From contig JBHGNT010000002.1 in NCBI GenBank assembly GCA_043228905.1, positions 1,736,001-1,800,000 on the forward strand: DNA of 64,000 bases, written 5' to 3'. The notes beneath the pieces were generated by a model, which saw nothing but the letters and a program-made list of their open reading frames with translations, made no database searches and was not told the DNA's origin. Both the position numbers and the translations under genes were made by a program. Position 1 is the first letter of the stretch; each line of letters opens with the position of its first letter. This document shows positions 63,583-64,000 of the stretch, piece by piece. This DNA comes from Azolla caroliniana. Lineage: Eukaryota > Plantae > Polypodiophyta.

Positions 63583-64000
63583 AGATGTACATGAGAGATG
63601 CATTGATCTTACAACACATCCAATCACAAGGAAGAGAAAAAAACACTAGGCAAACTGGCAAACTATGCTTACTAGACTGATATCTAATAAATTCTACAAA
63701 TGTGTGAGATATATATATAGTAACTTTTGGGTAATGCCTCAATTAAATTTTAGTACAATAGAATCTCAATTCTTTTGCAGCATGCTAAATTTGTCCTACC
63801 TCAGTTTAGCATGCTATGGAGGGTGCAATGACATTGCAAGTGGATTGGTCAGAAAGGATCAATCTTAGAAACAGTTTAGGGTTTAGGGGGCTGCAAAAGG
63901 CCCCCAATAGATCTCTTCTTGGTCATATGAAACCTTTCTTATGATCCTTTACCGCCACAGCATCTAATGTTCCTCTAACAATGTGTTAAGTCTTTGACCC

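Overview
Eukaryotic land-plant nuclear DNA: AT-rich, GT-AG introns, dense in transposable elements and microsatellites. The style suggests a non-angiosperm such as a fern, but that is inference only. Five host genes can be reconstructed: the 5' end of a VPS37-like gene (-), an intronless arginine decarboxylase (ADC, -), a 9-exon N-carbamoylputrescine amidohydrolase (CPA/NLP1, +), a 9-exon PTPLA/HACD-type 3-hydroxyacyl-CoA dehydratase (-) and a 7-exon UTR2/UTR4-type nucleotide-sugar transporter (+). The main observation is that ADC and CPA, the first and last enzymes of the arginine-to-putrescine route, are head-to-head neighbours with only TE debris and pseudogene fragments between them. This is a candidate polyamine biosynthetic gene pair; the middle enzyme (agmatine iminohydrolase, AIH) is not in the window. 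The ADC leader has an ADC-box-like cUNCGg hairpin with a competing alternative stem. CPA is intact despite two full-length Copia elements in its introns, one young with non-canonical TG..TA LTR ends. The window also holds two TSD-flanked chimeric retrocopies (tRNase Z + LINE tail; ECM29 + PPR + LINE tail), a solo LTR carrying an exon-like insert, several hAT and Mutator MITEs, and many decayed LINE pieces.
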